Counted from the first letter of the stretch, positions 30,311 through 41,355 are shown. The stretch: DNA of 64,000 bases from Candidatus Izemoplasmatales bacterium (GCA_050949045.1 JBMNEZ010000001.1:1280001-1344000); one strand, 5' to 3'. Program-made: numbers and translations. Notes: generated from the letters alone by a model not told the origin.

Positions 30311-30835
30311 ATGAAATCTGCCAGCATTAGCGTGATATCCACAAAGACCGGAGACAAGGGATACTCGAGTGATTATTCGGGCAAAAGGCATAAAAAAAAT
30401 GACAAACTTTTTGAGGTGCTCGGAACCATCGACGAACTCAGTTCCTGGATTGGGATCTGTTATCAAGCGACAAAAAAAGCAGAACTCAGAAAAATCCAAA
30501 CCAACCTCCAGACCATCAATTCGATGATTGCAACTTCGCCAGAGCATCCGAACTACCTCAAACTAACGCTTCTCAATGCAACAGATGTCGCTTGGCTCGA
30601 AGCCAACGAACAGACATTACTTGACAAGGTTGATTTCAAAAAGGCATTCATCCTTCCGGGAAGCGACAGTTCAAAAGAAGGAGCTTGGTTTGATCTTGCC
30701 CGCGCGGTTGCCAGGCGGGCGGAAAGGCGTTTCTTTGCTTACCTTAATTTGACTAAACGGACTGATTTGGATCAATGCGGAAGCTATCTTAACCGCTTGA
30801 GCGATCTTCTTTTTCTTATGGCAAGAGCGAGTTGA
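30311..30835 (+). CDS. ATP:cob(I)alamin adenosyltransferase, PduO type
   Basis: TKTGDKG, GTIDELSSWIG, FILPG, RRAER, YLNRLSDLLF; RBS AAGGAGG. Confidence 0.92.
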   Translation: MKSASISVISTKTGDKGYSSDYSGKRHKKNDKLFEVLGTIDELSSWIGICYQATKKAELRKIQTNLQTINSMIATSPEHPNYLKLTLLNATDVAWLEANEQTLLDKVDFKKAFILPGSDSSKEGAWFDLARAVARRAERRFFAYLNLTKRTDLDQCGSYLNRLSDLLFLMARAS

Positions 30836-30950
30836 AAGTATTAATTCATAACACCATCAATAAACAATCAGCATTTCCCCTGAAGCGCCCATTAGACTCG
30901 GTCGCTTTATGTAATATATAATATATAGATACGCAGAGGAGACAATTTTT

Positions 30951-31355
30951 GTGAAAACAATCGTTATTGGCGTCATTGGCGCAGACGTACATGCTGTTGG
31001 TAACAAGATAATTGAATTTACATTGGCTAATGCCGGATACAACGTCGTCAATATCGGCGTTCTTTCGTCACAAGAGGATTTCATCAATGCTGCAATCGAA
31101 ACCGATGCCAAACTGATTCTCGTTTCTTCACTTTACGGTCACGGCGAACTTGATTGCCGAGGAATGCGCGACAAGTGTATTGAAGCCGGGATTGGAGAAA
31201 TAATCTTATATGTTGGCGGCAACATCGTCGTCGGCAAGCAGGATTTTACGCAAGTGAAGGAAAGATTTCTGCAAATGGGTTTTAACCGCGTGTATCCTCC
31301 GGGAACGCCGATTGAGGACGCACTTGGGGACATCAAGACCGATTTGGGAGAATGA
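30951..31355 (+). CDS. glmS: Glutamate (methylaspartate) mutase S subunit
   Basis: [32 protein letters not shown]. Confidence 0.96.
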   Translation: MKTIVIGVIGADVHAVGNKIIEFTLANAGYNVVNIGVLSSQEDFINAAIETDAKLILVSSLYGHGELDCRGMRDKCIEAGIGEIILYVGGNIVVGKQDFTQVKERFLQMGFNRVYPPGTPIEDALGDIKTDLGE

Positions 31356-31356
31356 C

Positions 31357-32751
31357 ATGAGTTATTACTTGTTGATTGACTTTGGATCGACTTTTACCAA
31401 ATTGACGGCAGTCGATGCTGATTTTGGCGATGTGATCGCTACTGCTTCACATTTTACCACTGTCACAACAGACATCCGTGAAGGTTATCATAATGCGCTT
31501 GAGATAATATACAAAAAAATCGGAAAGAAAATCCAATTTGATCACAAGATTGCTTGTTCTTCAGCCGCAGGCGGCTTGAAAATGGCCGCAGTCGGCTTGG
31601 TGCAGGAACTCACCGTCGAAGCTGCGAAACGCGTTTGTCTGGGAGCGGGGGCAAGGGTTGATCTCGTTTGTGCTCACCATCTCACAAAAAAAGACATTCA
31701 AGACATCGTAGATTTGAAGATTGATATCATTCTCTTGGCCGGTGGCGCTGATGGTGGCAATACCGAAAGCGTGCTCTTCAACGCTCGGAAACTGGGCGAG
31801 GCAGGCATAAAAATACCGGTTGTCTATGCCGGAAACAAATCCTGTCAAGATGAAATTGAAGACATTTTCAAGGAACATGGAATCGATGGTTACATCAGCG
31901 AAAATGTTATGCCCAAGATAAATGTTCTCAATGTCAAGAGCGCCCGGGACAAAATTAGGGAAATATTCTTGAAACAAATCATTGAAGGCAAAGGCATCAA
32001 GAAGATTGAAGCCGAGATTGACAGGGTTATCCTGCCGACTCCGGAGGCGGTTTTGCAGGCAGGCGAATTGCTTTCAAGGGGATATCTTAATGAGCGCGGC
32101 CTCGGGGATATCGTCATGGTTGATGTCGGCGGTGCCACGACCGACATCTACTCGATTTGTAACTCGACAAGCCGGAGCGACGTCGTTCTTCACGGGCTCG
32201 AAGAACCTTTCGCGAAGAGAACGGTTGAGGGGGATCTTGGTATGCGCTATTCTGCTCCGGGAATTATCAAAGCCATGACCAAAGAAGAAATCATCCAAAT
32301 CAGCGAGACTTCAAACCTCGATTTGGAAAAGGAAGTTAATTACCGCTTTCATCATGTCGATATGGTTCCTGACAATGACCACGATGAATACGTTGATCAA
32401 CTGCTCGCGAAGATATGTGTTTATCGGGCGATGAACCGTCATGTCGGCAGAATCGAGGAAGTGCTGACCCCGATGGGGATTATCTACAATCAAATTGGTA
32501 AAGATTTAACCAATGTCGGGTATGTAATCGGTACCGGTGGCGTTGTGATCAAGTCTAATAATCAAGCCGATATCCTCTATCAAACCACCAATATCAAACA
32601 AACTCCGGGAGAACTGAGACCGCAAGATCCCAAATATCTTCTCGATAGTGATTATATTTTGGCAGCCATGGGGCTGTTAAGCCAGTCAGATCCAAGTTTG
32701 GCACTGAAAATCATGAAAAGACATCTGATGCCACTTGAAAAGAAGGTATAA
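31357..32751 (+). CDS. glmL: Glutamate mutase accessory/reactivase GlmL (MutL)
   Basis: [38 protein letters not shown]. Confidence 0.93.
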   Translation: MSYYLLIDFGSTFTKLTAVDADFGDVIATASHFTTVTTDIREGYHNALEIIYKKIGKKIQFDHKIACSSAAGGLKMAAVGLVQELTVEAAKRVCLGAGARVDLVCAHHLTKKDIQDIVDLKIDIILLAGGADGGNTESVLFNARKLGEAGIKIPVVYAGNKSCQDEIEDIFKEHGIDGYISENVMPKINVLNVKSARDKIREIFLKQIIEGKGIKKIEAEIDRVILPTPEAVLQAGELLSRGYLNERGLGDIVMVDVGGATTDIYSICNSTSRSDVVLHGLEEPFAKRTVEGDLGMRYSAPGIIKAMTKEEIIQISETSNLDLEKEVNYRFHHVDMVPDNDHDEYVDQLLAKICVYRAMNRHVGRIEEVLTPMGIIYNQIGKDLTNVGYVIGTGGVVIKSNNQADILYQTTNIKQTPGELRPQDPKYLLDSDYILAAMGLLSQSDPSLALKIMKRHLMPLEKKV

Positions 32752-32756
32752 ACGAT

Positions 32757-34229
32757 ATGGAACTCAAGAACAAGAAAATTACAGAAGCTGATTTTTTCAA
32801 AGAACGGGAACAAGTCCTTGCCAGTTGGCATACCGGTAAAGACCCTGCTTTGGACTTTTCAGTGTCTTTGGAATATCTACGAAAAATACCCGAAGAAAAA
32901 AATTTCGCCATGAAACTGATGAAGGCCAAAAACGAAAAGATCACAATGATTCAGCCTCGGGCGGGCGTTCCAATCGTCGAAGAACATATCAAACTGCTCA
33001 CCTATTTACAGAATTGTGGAGCGGATTTTCTACCTTCAACGATTGACAGTTACACCAGACAAAACCGCTATCTTGAAGCTGAAAAAGGGATCAAGGAAAG
33101 TGAACGTCTCGGGCGAGCATTGCTCAATGGCTTTCCCGCTGTCAATCACGGTGTTGAAGGGTGCAAGCGCGTCTTTGAAGCTGTCAATCTCCCTCTTCAA
33201 GCTCGTCATGGGACTCCAGACGCCAGACTCCTAGCAGAGATTATCCATGCGGCGGGCTGGACTTCGAACGAGGGCGGAGGCATCTCCTATAACATTCCAT
33301 ACGCCAAATCGGTCCCGCTTGATGTCAGCCTCAAACATTGGCAGTACTGCGACCGCCTCGTCGGGTTTTATGAAGAGCAAGGGATCACATTGAACCGGGA
33401 GCCCTTCGGTCCTTTGACGGGAACGCTTGTGCCGCCATCAATCTCCAATGCTATTGGTATTATTGAGGCATTGCTCGCGGCGGAACAGGGAGTCAAAAGC
33501 ATTTCCGTTGGGTATGGAATGTGTGGCAATATTATTCAAGACATCGCCGCGATTCACGCTTTGCAGAATCAAACAGAACGGTATTTGGAAAAGTTCGGAT
33601 ATAAAGATGTGATCGTGACCACGGTATTTCACCAGTGGATGGGCGGTTTTCCCGCCGATGAGGCCAAAGCGATGGCCTTGATCGCGATGAGCTCAACGGT
33701 GGCCACATTGTCGGGAACGCACAAAATGATTACCAAGACGACCCATGAGTCGATTGGCATTCCAACCAAGGAAGCCAACGGCGAGGCAATCAAGGCATCT
33801 AAATTTGTGACTAAACTTCTTGAGCGGCAGTTTGCCGTAGAAAGCGAGGCGCTGATATTTGAAAGAGAACAGATTGAAAGAGAAGTCGACAGTTTAATCA
33901 AGTTTGTTTTGGAGGCCGGCAAGGGTGATCTTGCCCAGGGTGTTGTCAAGAGTTTTGAACAAGGACTTCTTGACATTCCGTTTGCGCCGAGCAAATACAA
34001 CCTCGGAAAGGTTTTCCCAGCAAGGGATAACGAAGGCAGCATCAGAATCCTTAATTTCGGAAACTTGGGATTAACAGAGGATATTAAGGAGTTTCATCGA
34101 GCCAAGATCAAAGAACGAGCGATGAACGAGAACCGCGAAATATCATTCAAATTAACTGTCGATGACGTCTACTCCGTCAGCAAAGGCAACCTCATCGGCA
34201 GACCGGCAAAGGAAGGATCGGGAAAATGA
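32757..34229 (+). CDS. glmE: Glutamate mutase E subunit
   Basis: [47 protein letters not shown]. Confidence 0.96.
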   Translation: MELKNKKITEADFFKEREQVLASWHTGKDPALDFSVSLEYLRKIPEEKNFAMKLMKAKNEKITMIQPRAGVPIVEEHIKLLTYLQNCGADFLPSTIDSYTRQNRYLEAEKGIKESERLGRALLNGFPAVNHGVEGCKRVFEAVNLPLQARHGTPDARLLAEIIHAAGWTSNEGGGISYNIPYAKSVPLDVSLKHWQYCDRLVGFYEEQGITLNREPFGPLTGTLVPPSISNAIGIIEALLAAEQGVKSISVGYGMCGNIIQDIAAIHALQNQTERYLEKFGYKDVIVTTVFHQWMGGFPADEAKAMALIAMSSTVATLSGTHKMITKTTHESIGIPTKEANGEAIKASKFVTKLLERQFAVESEALIFEREQIEREVDSLIKFVLEAGKGDLAQGVVKSFEQGLLDIPFAPSKYNLGKVFPARDNEGSIRILNFGNLGLTEDIKEFHRAKIKERAMNENREISFKLTVDDVYSVSKGNLIGRPAKEGSGK

Positions 34230-35470
34230 AAATTAAAAAAATCTATTTGACGAAATCATTCACAGGATTTTATTTTGACGACCAGAAGGCAATCAAAAGA
34301 GGAGCACAGAATGACGGCTTCATGTATCAGGGATCCCCGGTAGTCGAAGGATTCACCCAAGTAAGGCAAAAAGGCGAAGCGATTTCGATCCAGATCGTTC
34401 TCGAGAACGGGGTCATCGGTTACGGCGACTGTTGCGCCGTCCAGTATTCCGGCGTCGGCGGCAGAGATCCGCTCTTTCTTGCGGATGACTATATTCCTTT
34501 CATGGAAGCAAAAGTCATTCCTCTTTTAATGAAAGAAGATATCGGCCGATTCCGACCACTTGCAGAAAAGTACGACCGTATGATCATTGATGGAAAACGG
34601 CTTCATACGGCGATTCGCTATGGCATCACCCAAGCTATTCTTTCTGTGACCGCCAAATACAAGCAATTGACAATGGCAGAACTTATAAGATTAGAGTATA
34701 ATATTAACAACAAAGCATATAAGTCAATACCCGTCTTCACTCAAAGCGGCGATGACCGCTATGCAAGTGTTGATAAAATGATCTTGAAGGAAGTCGATGT
34801 TCTTCCCCACGCACTCATCAACAGCGTTCCAAACAAACTCGGCGCTGAGGGCGAGATCCTCACCAAATATGTTTCCTGGCTCTCAGACAGAATTTTGAAA
34901 TATCGGCTGCGCCCGGATTATCAACCAATTATCCATTTAGATGTTTACGGAACCATTGGCATCATTTTTGACAACGATCTTGAAAAAATTGTCGACTATA
35001 TGTTGGAGTTGGAACGACTTGCCAAACCCTTTAAACTCAGGATCGAAGGTCCTATTGACGGCAGGAACCGCGAAGAAACAATGACCTGTTTGCGCGATCT
35101 CACCATAATGCTTGACAATAGACGTTCATCAATCGAGATTGTCGCAGACGAATGGTGCAATACGCTTGAAGACATCATCTACTTTGCGGACAACAAGGCA
35201 GGTAAGATGCTGCAAATCAAGTGTCCTGACCTTGGCGGCATCAACAATATTATCGAGGCGATTCTTTACTGCAATAAAAAGAAGATCGGCTCCTATTGCG
35301 GCGGCAGCTGCAATGAAACCGACATCTCGGCAAAGACGACGATCAACATCGCCATTGCCTGCGATGCCGACCAATTTCTGGCAAAGCCAGGCATGGGTGT
35401 CGATGAGGGATATATGATCATCAAAAATGAAATGGAACGCGTCCTAGCGATTTGTAGAGATCGCCAATAA
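34226..35470 (+). CDS. mal: Methylaspartate ammonia-lyase
   Basis: [51 protein letters not shown]. Confidence 0.96.
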   Translation: MKIKKIYLTKSFTGFYFDDQKAIKRGAQNDGFMYQGSPVVEGFTQVRQKGEAISIQIVLENGVIGYGDCCAVQYSGVGGRDPLFLADDYIPFMEAKVIPLLMKEDIGRFRPLAEKYDRMIIDGKRLHTAIRYGITQAILSVTAKYKQLTMAELIRLEYNINNKAYKSIPVFTQSGDDRYASVDKMILKEVDVLPHALINSVPNKLGAEGEILTKYVSWLSDRILKYRLRPDYQPIIHLDVYGTIGIIFDNDLEKIVDYMLELERLAKPFKLRIEGPIDGRNREETMTCLRDLTIMLDNRRSSIEIVADEWCNTLEDIIYFADNKAGKMLQIKCPDLGGINNIIEAILYCNKKKIGSYCGGSCNETDISAKTTINIAIACDADQFLAKPGMGVDEGYMIIKNEMERVLAICRDRQ

Positions 35471-35484
35471 GGAGTGAATATATT

Positions 35485-35742
35485 ATGAAGATCGGCATTG
35501 CGGGAAGCCTTGAATCTAATGACGTTCTTATCACGGTACGAACGAGCGAGAGTTTGATCATCGACATCCACAGCATTGTCGATCTTCTTTATCATGATCA
35601 GATCGAGGCTGTCGTATTGGCAACTCTAAAAGAAGAGGGAATCGACAAACTCGAAGTTACTATCGAGGACAAAGGTGCGCTCGACTATACAATCCGGGCG
35701 CGGCTCTTGACCGCGATTAGAAGAATGGAGGACGACCAATAA
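35485..35742 (+). CDS. citD: Citrate/citramalate lyase acyl carrier protein (gamma)
   Basis: AGSLESND attachment motif, DKGALD. Confidence 0.9.
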   Translation: MKIGIAGSLESNDVLITVRTSESLIIDIHSIVDLLYHDQIEAVVLATLKEEGIDKLEVTIEDKGALDYTIRARLLTAIRRMEDDQ

Positions 35743-36614
35743 TGAGAAGTTTTCTGTTTGTGCCAGGAAACAATCCTTCAATGATCCAAAATGCAGATGT
35801 GTTTGACGCCGATGTCGTTATTTTTGACTTGGAAGACTCTGTTCATGCCGGTGAAAAGGATAATGCCCGTAATTTGCTTAGTGATTATCTGAGCCAAAAT
35901 CCGATGTTACCGAAGAAAATCGCCATCCGGATCAACGCACCCGATTCGCCCTTTTATGAAGCTGATCTTTTAAGCATGGTTTCCGATAAGATTGATTTCA
36001 TTGTATTTCCAAAGGCCTCGGTACAGACTACACAAAAACTCGGGAGCGATCTGTTTCAACTTGAGCAGATAAAGCAAATGGAAAAAAAGATTGATATCAT
36101 CCCGATCATCGAACTCGCATCTTCGCTTGTCGAAGCCTCCAAGATCGCTTCCGCAAGCAGGGTAAGAGCGTTGTTGTTTGGGGCTGAAGACTATTGTTCG
36201 GATCTTGAAATCAAAAGAACGCTTTCCGGAGAGGCGCTTTTCTATCCGCGGTCGGTGATCGCGGTCGCCTGCAAGGCTTATGGGTTGATTGCGATCGATA
36301 CACCCTTTACCGATGTCAGGGATGATATTGGTCTCGAACAGGATGCAAAAACCGCCGTGTTGCTTGGACTCAATGCGAAGGCCGCCATCCATCCAAGGCA
36401 AATTCAAATTATTAACAGAATCTTTTCCCCACAACAGGACCAGTTGGACTGGGCGCTCAAGGTTATCGAAGCAGAGAAAATAGCCAACAAGAAAGGCCTT
36501 GGCGTTTTCAGCCTCGATGGCAAGATGATCGACAAACCAATCATCGAACGCGCTCGGAAGACCTTGTTGCGGGCAAAAGAATACGGTTTGCTCGGTGATC
36601 TGGATGAAGAATAA
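35742..36614 (+). CDS. citE: Citryl/citramalyl-ACP lyase (beta)
   Basis: RSFLFVPGN, FDLEDSV, FGAEDY, IHPRQI, DGKMID. Confidence 0.9.
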   Translation: MRSFLFVPGNNPSMIQNADVFDADVVIFDLEDSVHAGEKDNARNLLSDYLSQNPMLPKKIAIRINAPDSPFYEADLLSMVSDKIDFIVFPKASVQTTQKLGSDLFQLEQIKQMEKKIDIIPIIELASSLVEASKIASASRVRALLFGAEDYCSDLEIKRTLSGEALFYPRSVIAVACKAYGLIAIDTPFTDVRDDIGLEQDAKTAVLLGLNAKAAIHPRQIQIINRIFSPQQDQLDWALKVIEAEKIANKKGLGVFSLDGKMIDKPIIERARKTLLRAKEYGLLGDLDEE

Positions 36615-38112
36615 TCTCGGCAGACTGGTTCCGTCTGGTTTCAAACCTTATCTTGAAGCCAATGACTATCTAAATCATCAACGAAAGTTGATACCTAAAA
36701 AGAAGACGACCGATAAGATCGTATTTTCAGATGATCTTGAGGCTGTCTTTCTTGATCTTGACATCAAGCCGGGCATGACCATCTCGTTTCACCATCATCT
36801 TCGCAGCGGCGACAATGTTTTGAATATAATCGCCAGTTTGATCCGGAAACATAAAATCAAAGGCATTCACATCGCACCTAGCTCAATTTTTCCTGAATAT
36901 GAGATCAAAGATCTTCTTCTTGATCAAAGCATCATCGATATCCATACCAACTATCTTAACGGGCCCGTCGCCGACATCATCGGCTCCGGTCTCATGGAAG
37001 GCAAACTTTTTATGCATACCCATGGCGGCCGGGCGCGGGCTATCGAGTCCGGAGATCTTCCTATCGATATCGCATTTCTTGCCTGCCCGGCTGTTGACCG
37101 TCAAGGCAACGGCTCGGGCGCTTATGGCACGAATGCCTGTGGGACACTTGGATATGCGATCAGCGATTTGATGTATGCCAAAAAAGTCGTTTTGGTCACT
37201 GATACTATCGTTGATAAGTTGCCTAAATGGCAGTTCGATCACACTTATGTTGATTATGTCGTCAAAGTGCCTTCGATCGGGGATGCCCGAGGCATCGTCT
37301 CCGGTACCACCAGAATCACCCGTGATCCAATTGGACTGAAGATTGCCCGTGACACTGCCGATTTAGTATATCAACTCGGGATCGTCAAGGACGGATTGTC
37401 GATGCAAACAGGGGCCGGGGGGACATCGCTGGCGGTGGCTGATGCCATCAAGAAAATCATGATTGAAAACAAAATCAAAGGTTCTTTTGCTTCTGGAGGC
37501 ATAACTTCATATTTTGTGGAAATGCTAAAAGAAGGCCTTTTCAAGAAGTTGTATGATGTTCAGTGTTTTGATCTTGAAGCTGTTGGCTCCTATCGCGACA
37601 ACTCGAAACATATTGCGATCAGCGCTTCCGAGTATGGGAATCCTTATGACCCCAAAGCGATCGTCAATGATCTCGACCTTGTGATCCTCGGAGCCGCCGA
37701 AGTCGATCTGGATTTCAACGTCAATGTGACGACTGATTCCTTTGGAAAAATCATCGGCGGCAGCGGCGGACACGCCGATACCGCCAATGGAGCGAAACTG
37801 ACGATTATCACCTCGACTCTGGCCAAAACCAGGATTCCTTTGATCAAGGAAAGAGTCAGGACGATAACCACTCCGGGCGAGGATGTCGACATCCTCGTGA
37901 CCGAGAGAGGAATAGCCGTCAATCCCAAAAGGAAAGACATCATTGAAATCCTTCAAAAGACAAAGATTCCGCTTTTTTCTATTAGAGAATTGATGGATAT
38001 ACAGTATCGAATCTCAGGGATTCCAAAAGATATTCCTTCAGGAGATGTTCCTGTGGGTTATGTAATTTATCGCGACGGGACCGTCATCGACACCATTTTC
38101 AAATTGAGGTGA
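36604..38112 (+). CDS. citF: Citrate/citramalate lyase ACP transferase (alpha)
   Basis: ISFHHHLR, THGGRARAI, QTGAGGTSLA, GGSGGH. Confidence 0.92.
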   Translation: MKNNLGRLVPSGFKPYLEANDYLNHQRKLIPKKKTTDKIVFSDDLEAVFLDLDIKPGMTISFHHHLRSGDNVLNIIASLIRKHKIKGIHIAPSSIFPEYEIKDLLLDQSIIDIHTNYLNGPVADIIGSGLMEGKLFMHTHGGRARAIESGDLPIDIAFLACPAVDRQGNGSGAYGTNACGTLGYAISDLMYAKKVVLVTDTIVDKLPKWQFDHTYVDYVVKVPSIGDARGIVSGTTRITRDPIGLKIARDTADLVYQLGIVKDGLSMQTGAGGTSLAVADAIKKIMIENKIKGSFASGGITSYFVEMLKEGLFKKLYDVQCFDLEAVGSYRDNSKHIAISASEYGNPYDPKAIVNDLDLVILGAAEVDLDFNVNVTTDSFGKIIGGSGGHADTANGAKLTIITSTLAKTRIPLIKERVRTITTPGEDVDILVTERGIAVNPKRKDIIEILQKTKIPLFSIRELMDIQYRISGIPKDIPSGDVPVGYVIYRDGTVIDTIFKLR

Positions 38113-38117
38113 TGTCC

Positions 38118-39140
38118 ATGACAATCAAACGGGCGCTATTATCCCAAGAAATTGCTAAAGTGAAGCTCTTTTTAGAGGAAAACGGGCTGAAATATGATAA
38201 AGACATCACCGAGACGCTGTACATCGAAGAAGATAATGAACCGATCGCGTCCGTCTCTAGGAGCGACTACATCATCAAGTGTCTTGCGGTGAAAAGCGAT
38301 AAGCGCGGTGAGAATCTCGCAGGAGCCGTCCTTTCCGAAATGCTTCAGAACATGCGCCAGGAAGGCATCAACTATTATCAGGTATTCACCAAATCGGAAT
38401 ATGTTTCCGTGTTTGAAAGCATGGGTTTCAGGATGCTTGCGAAGACCAAGCGTGTCGCAATTCTTGAAGCGGGCGAGTCGAGGATCAAAGAAACGATGAT
38501 AAAACTCAAAACAAGGATTGAAAAGCATCTGAAGGCGTCGGTAAATGATAAAAGCATCGGCGCCATTGTTGTGAATTGCAACCCGATGACATTGGGCCAT
38601 TATCAATTGATTCTTGATTCGGCCGTCAATCATGATTTGCTTCTCGTCTTTGTCGTTGAAGAAGATCAGTCGCTCTTCAGTTTTGAGGAAAGAGTCGCTT
38701 TTGTTGAAAATGCACTGAAAAACCAACAAAAGATTATGGTTCTGCCATCGACCAAGTATATGGTTTCACAATTGACTTTTCCCAGTTATTTTTTGAAGAC
38801 GATCGATGAGTCTGAGTATGAGCACGCCATGCTTGACGCGATCATCTTTCGTGATTATTTTCTTCATGATCTCAATATTTCCAAGCGTTATATCGGCAGC
38901 GAAACTGAAACGGTGATGACGGCTTACAATTCGATTCTCAAAACCGTGCTCAAAGATGTGATCGTTGAAAGAAAAAGGTTCATGCTTAATGACGTTGTCA
39001 TCAGTGCTTCGTTGGTCAGAAAACTGATATTTGAAAATCGAATCGAAGAATCCCTGAAGTATATTCCAAAGCAAAACCACGAACTTTTTCTTGAAACAGT
39101 AAAATGTAAGTATGATGGATACAAGCAACCGAATCCTTGA
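38118..39140 (+). CDS. citC: [Citrate lyase] ligase (acetate:SH-lyase ligase)
   Basis: N-terminal GNAT-like domain; IVVNCNPMTLGH, TFPSYF, ISASLVR. Confidence 0.9.
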   Translation: MTIKRALLSQEIAKVKLFLEENGLKYDKDITETLYIEEDNEPIASVSRSDYIIKCLAVKSDKRGENLAGAVLSEMLQNMRQEGINYYQVFTKSEYVSVFESMGFRMLAKTKRVAILEAGESRIKETMIKLKTRIEKHLKASVNDKSIGAIVVNCNPMTLGHYQLILDSAVNHDLLLVFVVEEDQSLFSFEERVAFVENALKNQQKIMVLPSTKYMVSQLTFPSYFLKTIDESEYEHAMLDAIIFRDYFLHDLNISKRYIGSETETVMTAYNSILKTVLKDVIVERKRFMLNDVVISASLVRKLIFENRIEESLKYIPKQNHELFLETVKCKYDGYKQPNP

Positions 39141-40368
39141 GGCAAGAGAGAAGCGGTATTTGCGGATCATCGATCTAAAGAACCGCTTTCGGACAATCAT
39201 CTCGATCAAAGGAAACACTCCGGGCAAACAGAAGAAACATCCGCTTGCCTGTTTTTTGGTTAAATTATTCACAACCAGCGTTAGACGACAAATTGATGTT
39301 GAATGCCTTTACGAATTTATGGATGAAGACGGCTATTATTTGGTCATAGGCACCGATGTCAATCCGGAAGTGGTCAAAAGCAAGATGATTAAGTTGGAAG
39401 ACAACCATCAACTCGGTCGTTTGATTGATTTGGATGTTTATGGAAAATTAGGAAAAATCAGTAGGCCGATCCCCCGCAGTTGTCTTGTCTGTGGCGAGAA
39501 GGCATTTGACTGCATCAGAAACAATCGGCATAATCCGGAAGAAGTGTTTGATGCTTTCTGTGGGCCGATCGCCATATACATGGAGTCAATGTTCAAGCGG
39601 TTGATTAGGGCAAGTGTCATGGACGAGTTGGATCTCGAACCCAAATTCGGACTAGTGAGCAAATCGAATTCGGGATCGCATCCAGACATGGATTATGCTT
39701 TGATGGTCAGGGCTTATGAGGCAATCGAAAACGACCTTTATCGAATTTACCTCAAAGGCTTCAACGCCAAAAGCATTGATGGCTTGCTCGCTGAAATCAG
39801 ACCAATCGGGATTGAAGCCGAAACGAAAATGCTTGACGCGACAGGAAAAATCAATGCGTATCGGGGATTGATATTCAATCTTGGGATTGTGCTTGCGGCT
39901 TCTGGCTGGCTGCTCGGAGGCATGAGAAATGAAAAGGATGTCTTTCAAACATCGGCGATCATCGCCAAGGGCATCACAAAAGAACTCGGTGGCAAATCAC
40001 TGACTTTTGGTGAACGCGCATTCGCCAGCCATGGTTTCCGAGGAGCTAGAGGCGAAGCAGAATCGGGATACCCACATGTCAAAAAGGCACTTGCTAAACT
40101 AGATGATTTCTCTTGGGAGTCAAAAATCAGCGCACTCATAGATTTGATTGTTTCAATCGAAGATACGGTCTTTTTGAAAAGAAGTGGCTCTTTGTCCGCA
40201 TACAAAAAGCATCAAGCGCTATTCAAAAAAATCAAACGCCCGGACCTGAAAAAAATAGAGTCGCTCACGAAATACTCCATCAAACACAATCTCAGTTTTG
40301 GAGGCAGCGCCGACTTGCTTATAGTAGCTTGCTTTATAAAGCGTCTCAAAGGCGAAATCATGATTTGA
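39112..40368 (+). CDS. citXG: Bifunctional CitX-CitG (triphosphoribosyl-dephospho-CoA synthase/transferase)
   Basis: ILEARE and LGRLIDLDV, RSCLVC (CitX); PKFGLV, GSHPDM, GARGEA, SFGGSADLL (CitG). Confidence 0.9.
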   Translation: MMDTSNRILEAREKRYLRIIDLKNRFRTIISIKGNTPGKQKKHPLACFLVKLFTTSVRRQIDVECLYEFMDEDGYYLVIGTDVNPEVVKSKMIKLEDNHQLGRLIDLDVYGKLGKISRPIPRSCLVCGEKAFDCIRNNRHNPEEVFDAFCGPIAIYMESMFKRLIRASVMDELDLEPKFGLVSKSNSGSHPDMDYALMVRAYEAIENDLYRIYLKGFNAKSIDGLLAEIRPIGIEAETKMLDATGKINAYRGLIFNLGIVLAASGWLLGGMRNEKDVFQTSAIIAKGITKELGGKSLTFGERAFASHGFRGARGEAESGYPHVKKALAKLDDFSWESKISALIDLIVSIEDTVFLKRSGSLSAYKKHQALFKKIKRPDLKKIESLTKYSIKHNLSFGGSADLLIVACFIKRLKGEIMI

Positions 40369-40452
40369 AACAAACGAAACAAAAAGAAACACCAAGTTAT
40401 TTTAAAATATTGCTAGTTGCTTTTGGCAGAAAGAAAGGTCGGCCTTTTTTCC

Positions 40453-40481
40453 TTGACTTTCATTTTAATGAATAGTAAAAT
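40453..40481 (+). promoter_or_regulatory. Promoter of tRNA-Val/Thr
   Basis: TTGACT-17 bp-TAAAAT. Confidence 0.7.
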
Positions 40482-40529
40482 TGTTATGCGAGTTGAAGCG
40501 GAGAATTAAGCCGCTATCTTCTTATTTTT

Positions 40530-40605
40530 GGAGGTTTAGCTCAGCTGGGAGAGCATCTGCCTTACAAGCAGAGGGTCGGCGGTTCGATCCCGTCAACCTC
40601 CACCA
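40530..40605 (+). tRNA. tRNA-Val(TAC)
   Basis: GGAGGTT/AACCTCC acceptor, TCTGC-CT TAC AA-GCAGA, GTTCGAT, CCA. Confidence 0.97.
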
Positions 40606-40606
40606 T

Positions 40607-40683
40607 GCCGAAATAGCTCAACCTGGCAGAGCAACTGACTTGTAATCAGTAGGTTGCGGGTTCGATTCCTGCTTTCGGCACCA
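40607..40683 (+). tRNA. tRNA-Thr(TGT)
   Basis: GCCGAAA/TTTCGGC acceptor, ACTGA-CT TGT AA-TCAGT, GTTCGAT, CCA. Confidence 0.97.
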
Positions 40684-40726
40684 TATAAGAAACATAGGTT
40701 TGATGCAATTGTGTCAAGCCTTTTTT
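40681..40726 (+). repeat. Boundary element copy R4 (starts at the tRNA-Thr CCA)
   Basis: CCATATAAGAAACATAGGTTTGATGCAATTGTGTCAAGCCTTTTTT. Confidence 0.9.
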
Positions 40727-40880
40727 ATCGGCATCAAAAAGAGCGATGCTTCCTTTTTCTGGATGAATTTTATATAATCTTCAACCCCTTTTTGTTTTAT
40801 TCATTTCTATTGCGAGTATAAAAAAATATAATAAAAATGAAGAATTTATTTTTTGTGCTATTATATATGTTTAAAGTTTT

Positions 40881-40940
40881 AATTAGGTGTTGACTTAATT
40901 AAAACAATTAAGTATAATCCAATTAGATAAATAACTAATT
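40881..40940 (+). promoter_or_regulatory. ArsR gene promoter with putative operator inverted repeats
   Basis: TTGACT(40890)-17 bp-TATAAT(40913); AATTAG-N8-CTAATT at 40921-40940 and a similar AATTAG-N8-TTAATT at 40881-40900. Confidence 0.7.
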
Positions 40941-40959
40941 AAATTATGTGAGGAGTACT

Positions 40960-41355
40960 ATGGATAAGAAAAAAGCATTGAAAGCTATCGCAGATGAAAC
41001 ACGTATGAGCATTTTAAAATTGCTGCTCCGGCACAATTATTGTGTCCGAGCGTTGGCAACTGAACTGAATTTAACTGAAGCAACGATATCTCAACACCTA
41101 AAAGTATTGCGGGAAGCGGGCTTGCTAGTTGGCGAAAAACGAGGTTATTTTATGCACTATGCTGTAGAACGTCCGGTCCTACACGAACTTGCACGGGATA
41201 TTAAAGGTTTAGCAGACATTGAGCATGAAACTTGCAAACCGGAAAAACGCGATGATTGCCCTACAAATGAAAAGCAAGACTGTCATAAGAAAGATAATTG
41301 TTCAGATGAGGTCAAAAGTTTTTGCCACGGGACAAACTACAAGAAGGAAGAATAA
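40960..41355 (+). CDS. ArsR/SmtB family regulator with Cys/His-rich tail
   Basis: LKAIADETRMSIL, ISQHLKVLREAGL; five C-terminal cysteines. Confidence 0.9.
   Translation: MDKKKALKAIADETRMSILKLLLRHNYCVRALATELNLTEATISQHLKVLREAGLLVGEKRGYFMHYAVERPVLHELARDIKGLADIEHETCKPEKRDDCPTNEKQDCHKKDNCSDEVKSFCHGTNYKKEE

Noticed and set aside
29305..30357. 350-aa minus-strand ORF
   Set aside because: Antisense to kamD/kamE with no recognisable motifs; similar shadows lie opposite citE, citC and kce.
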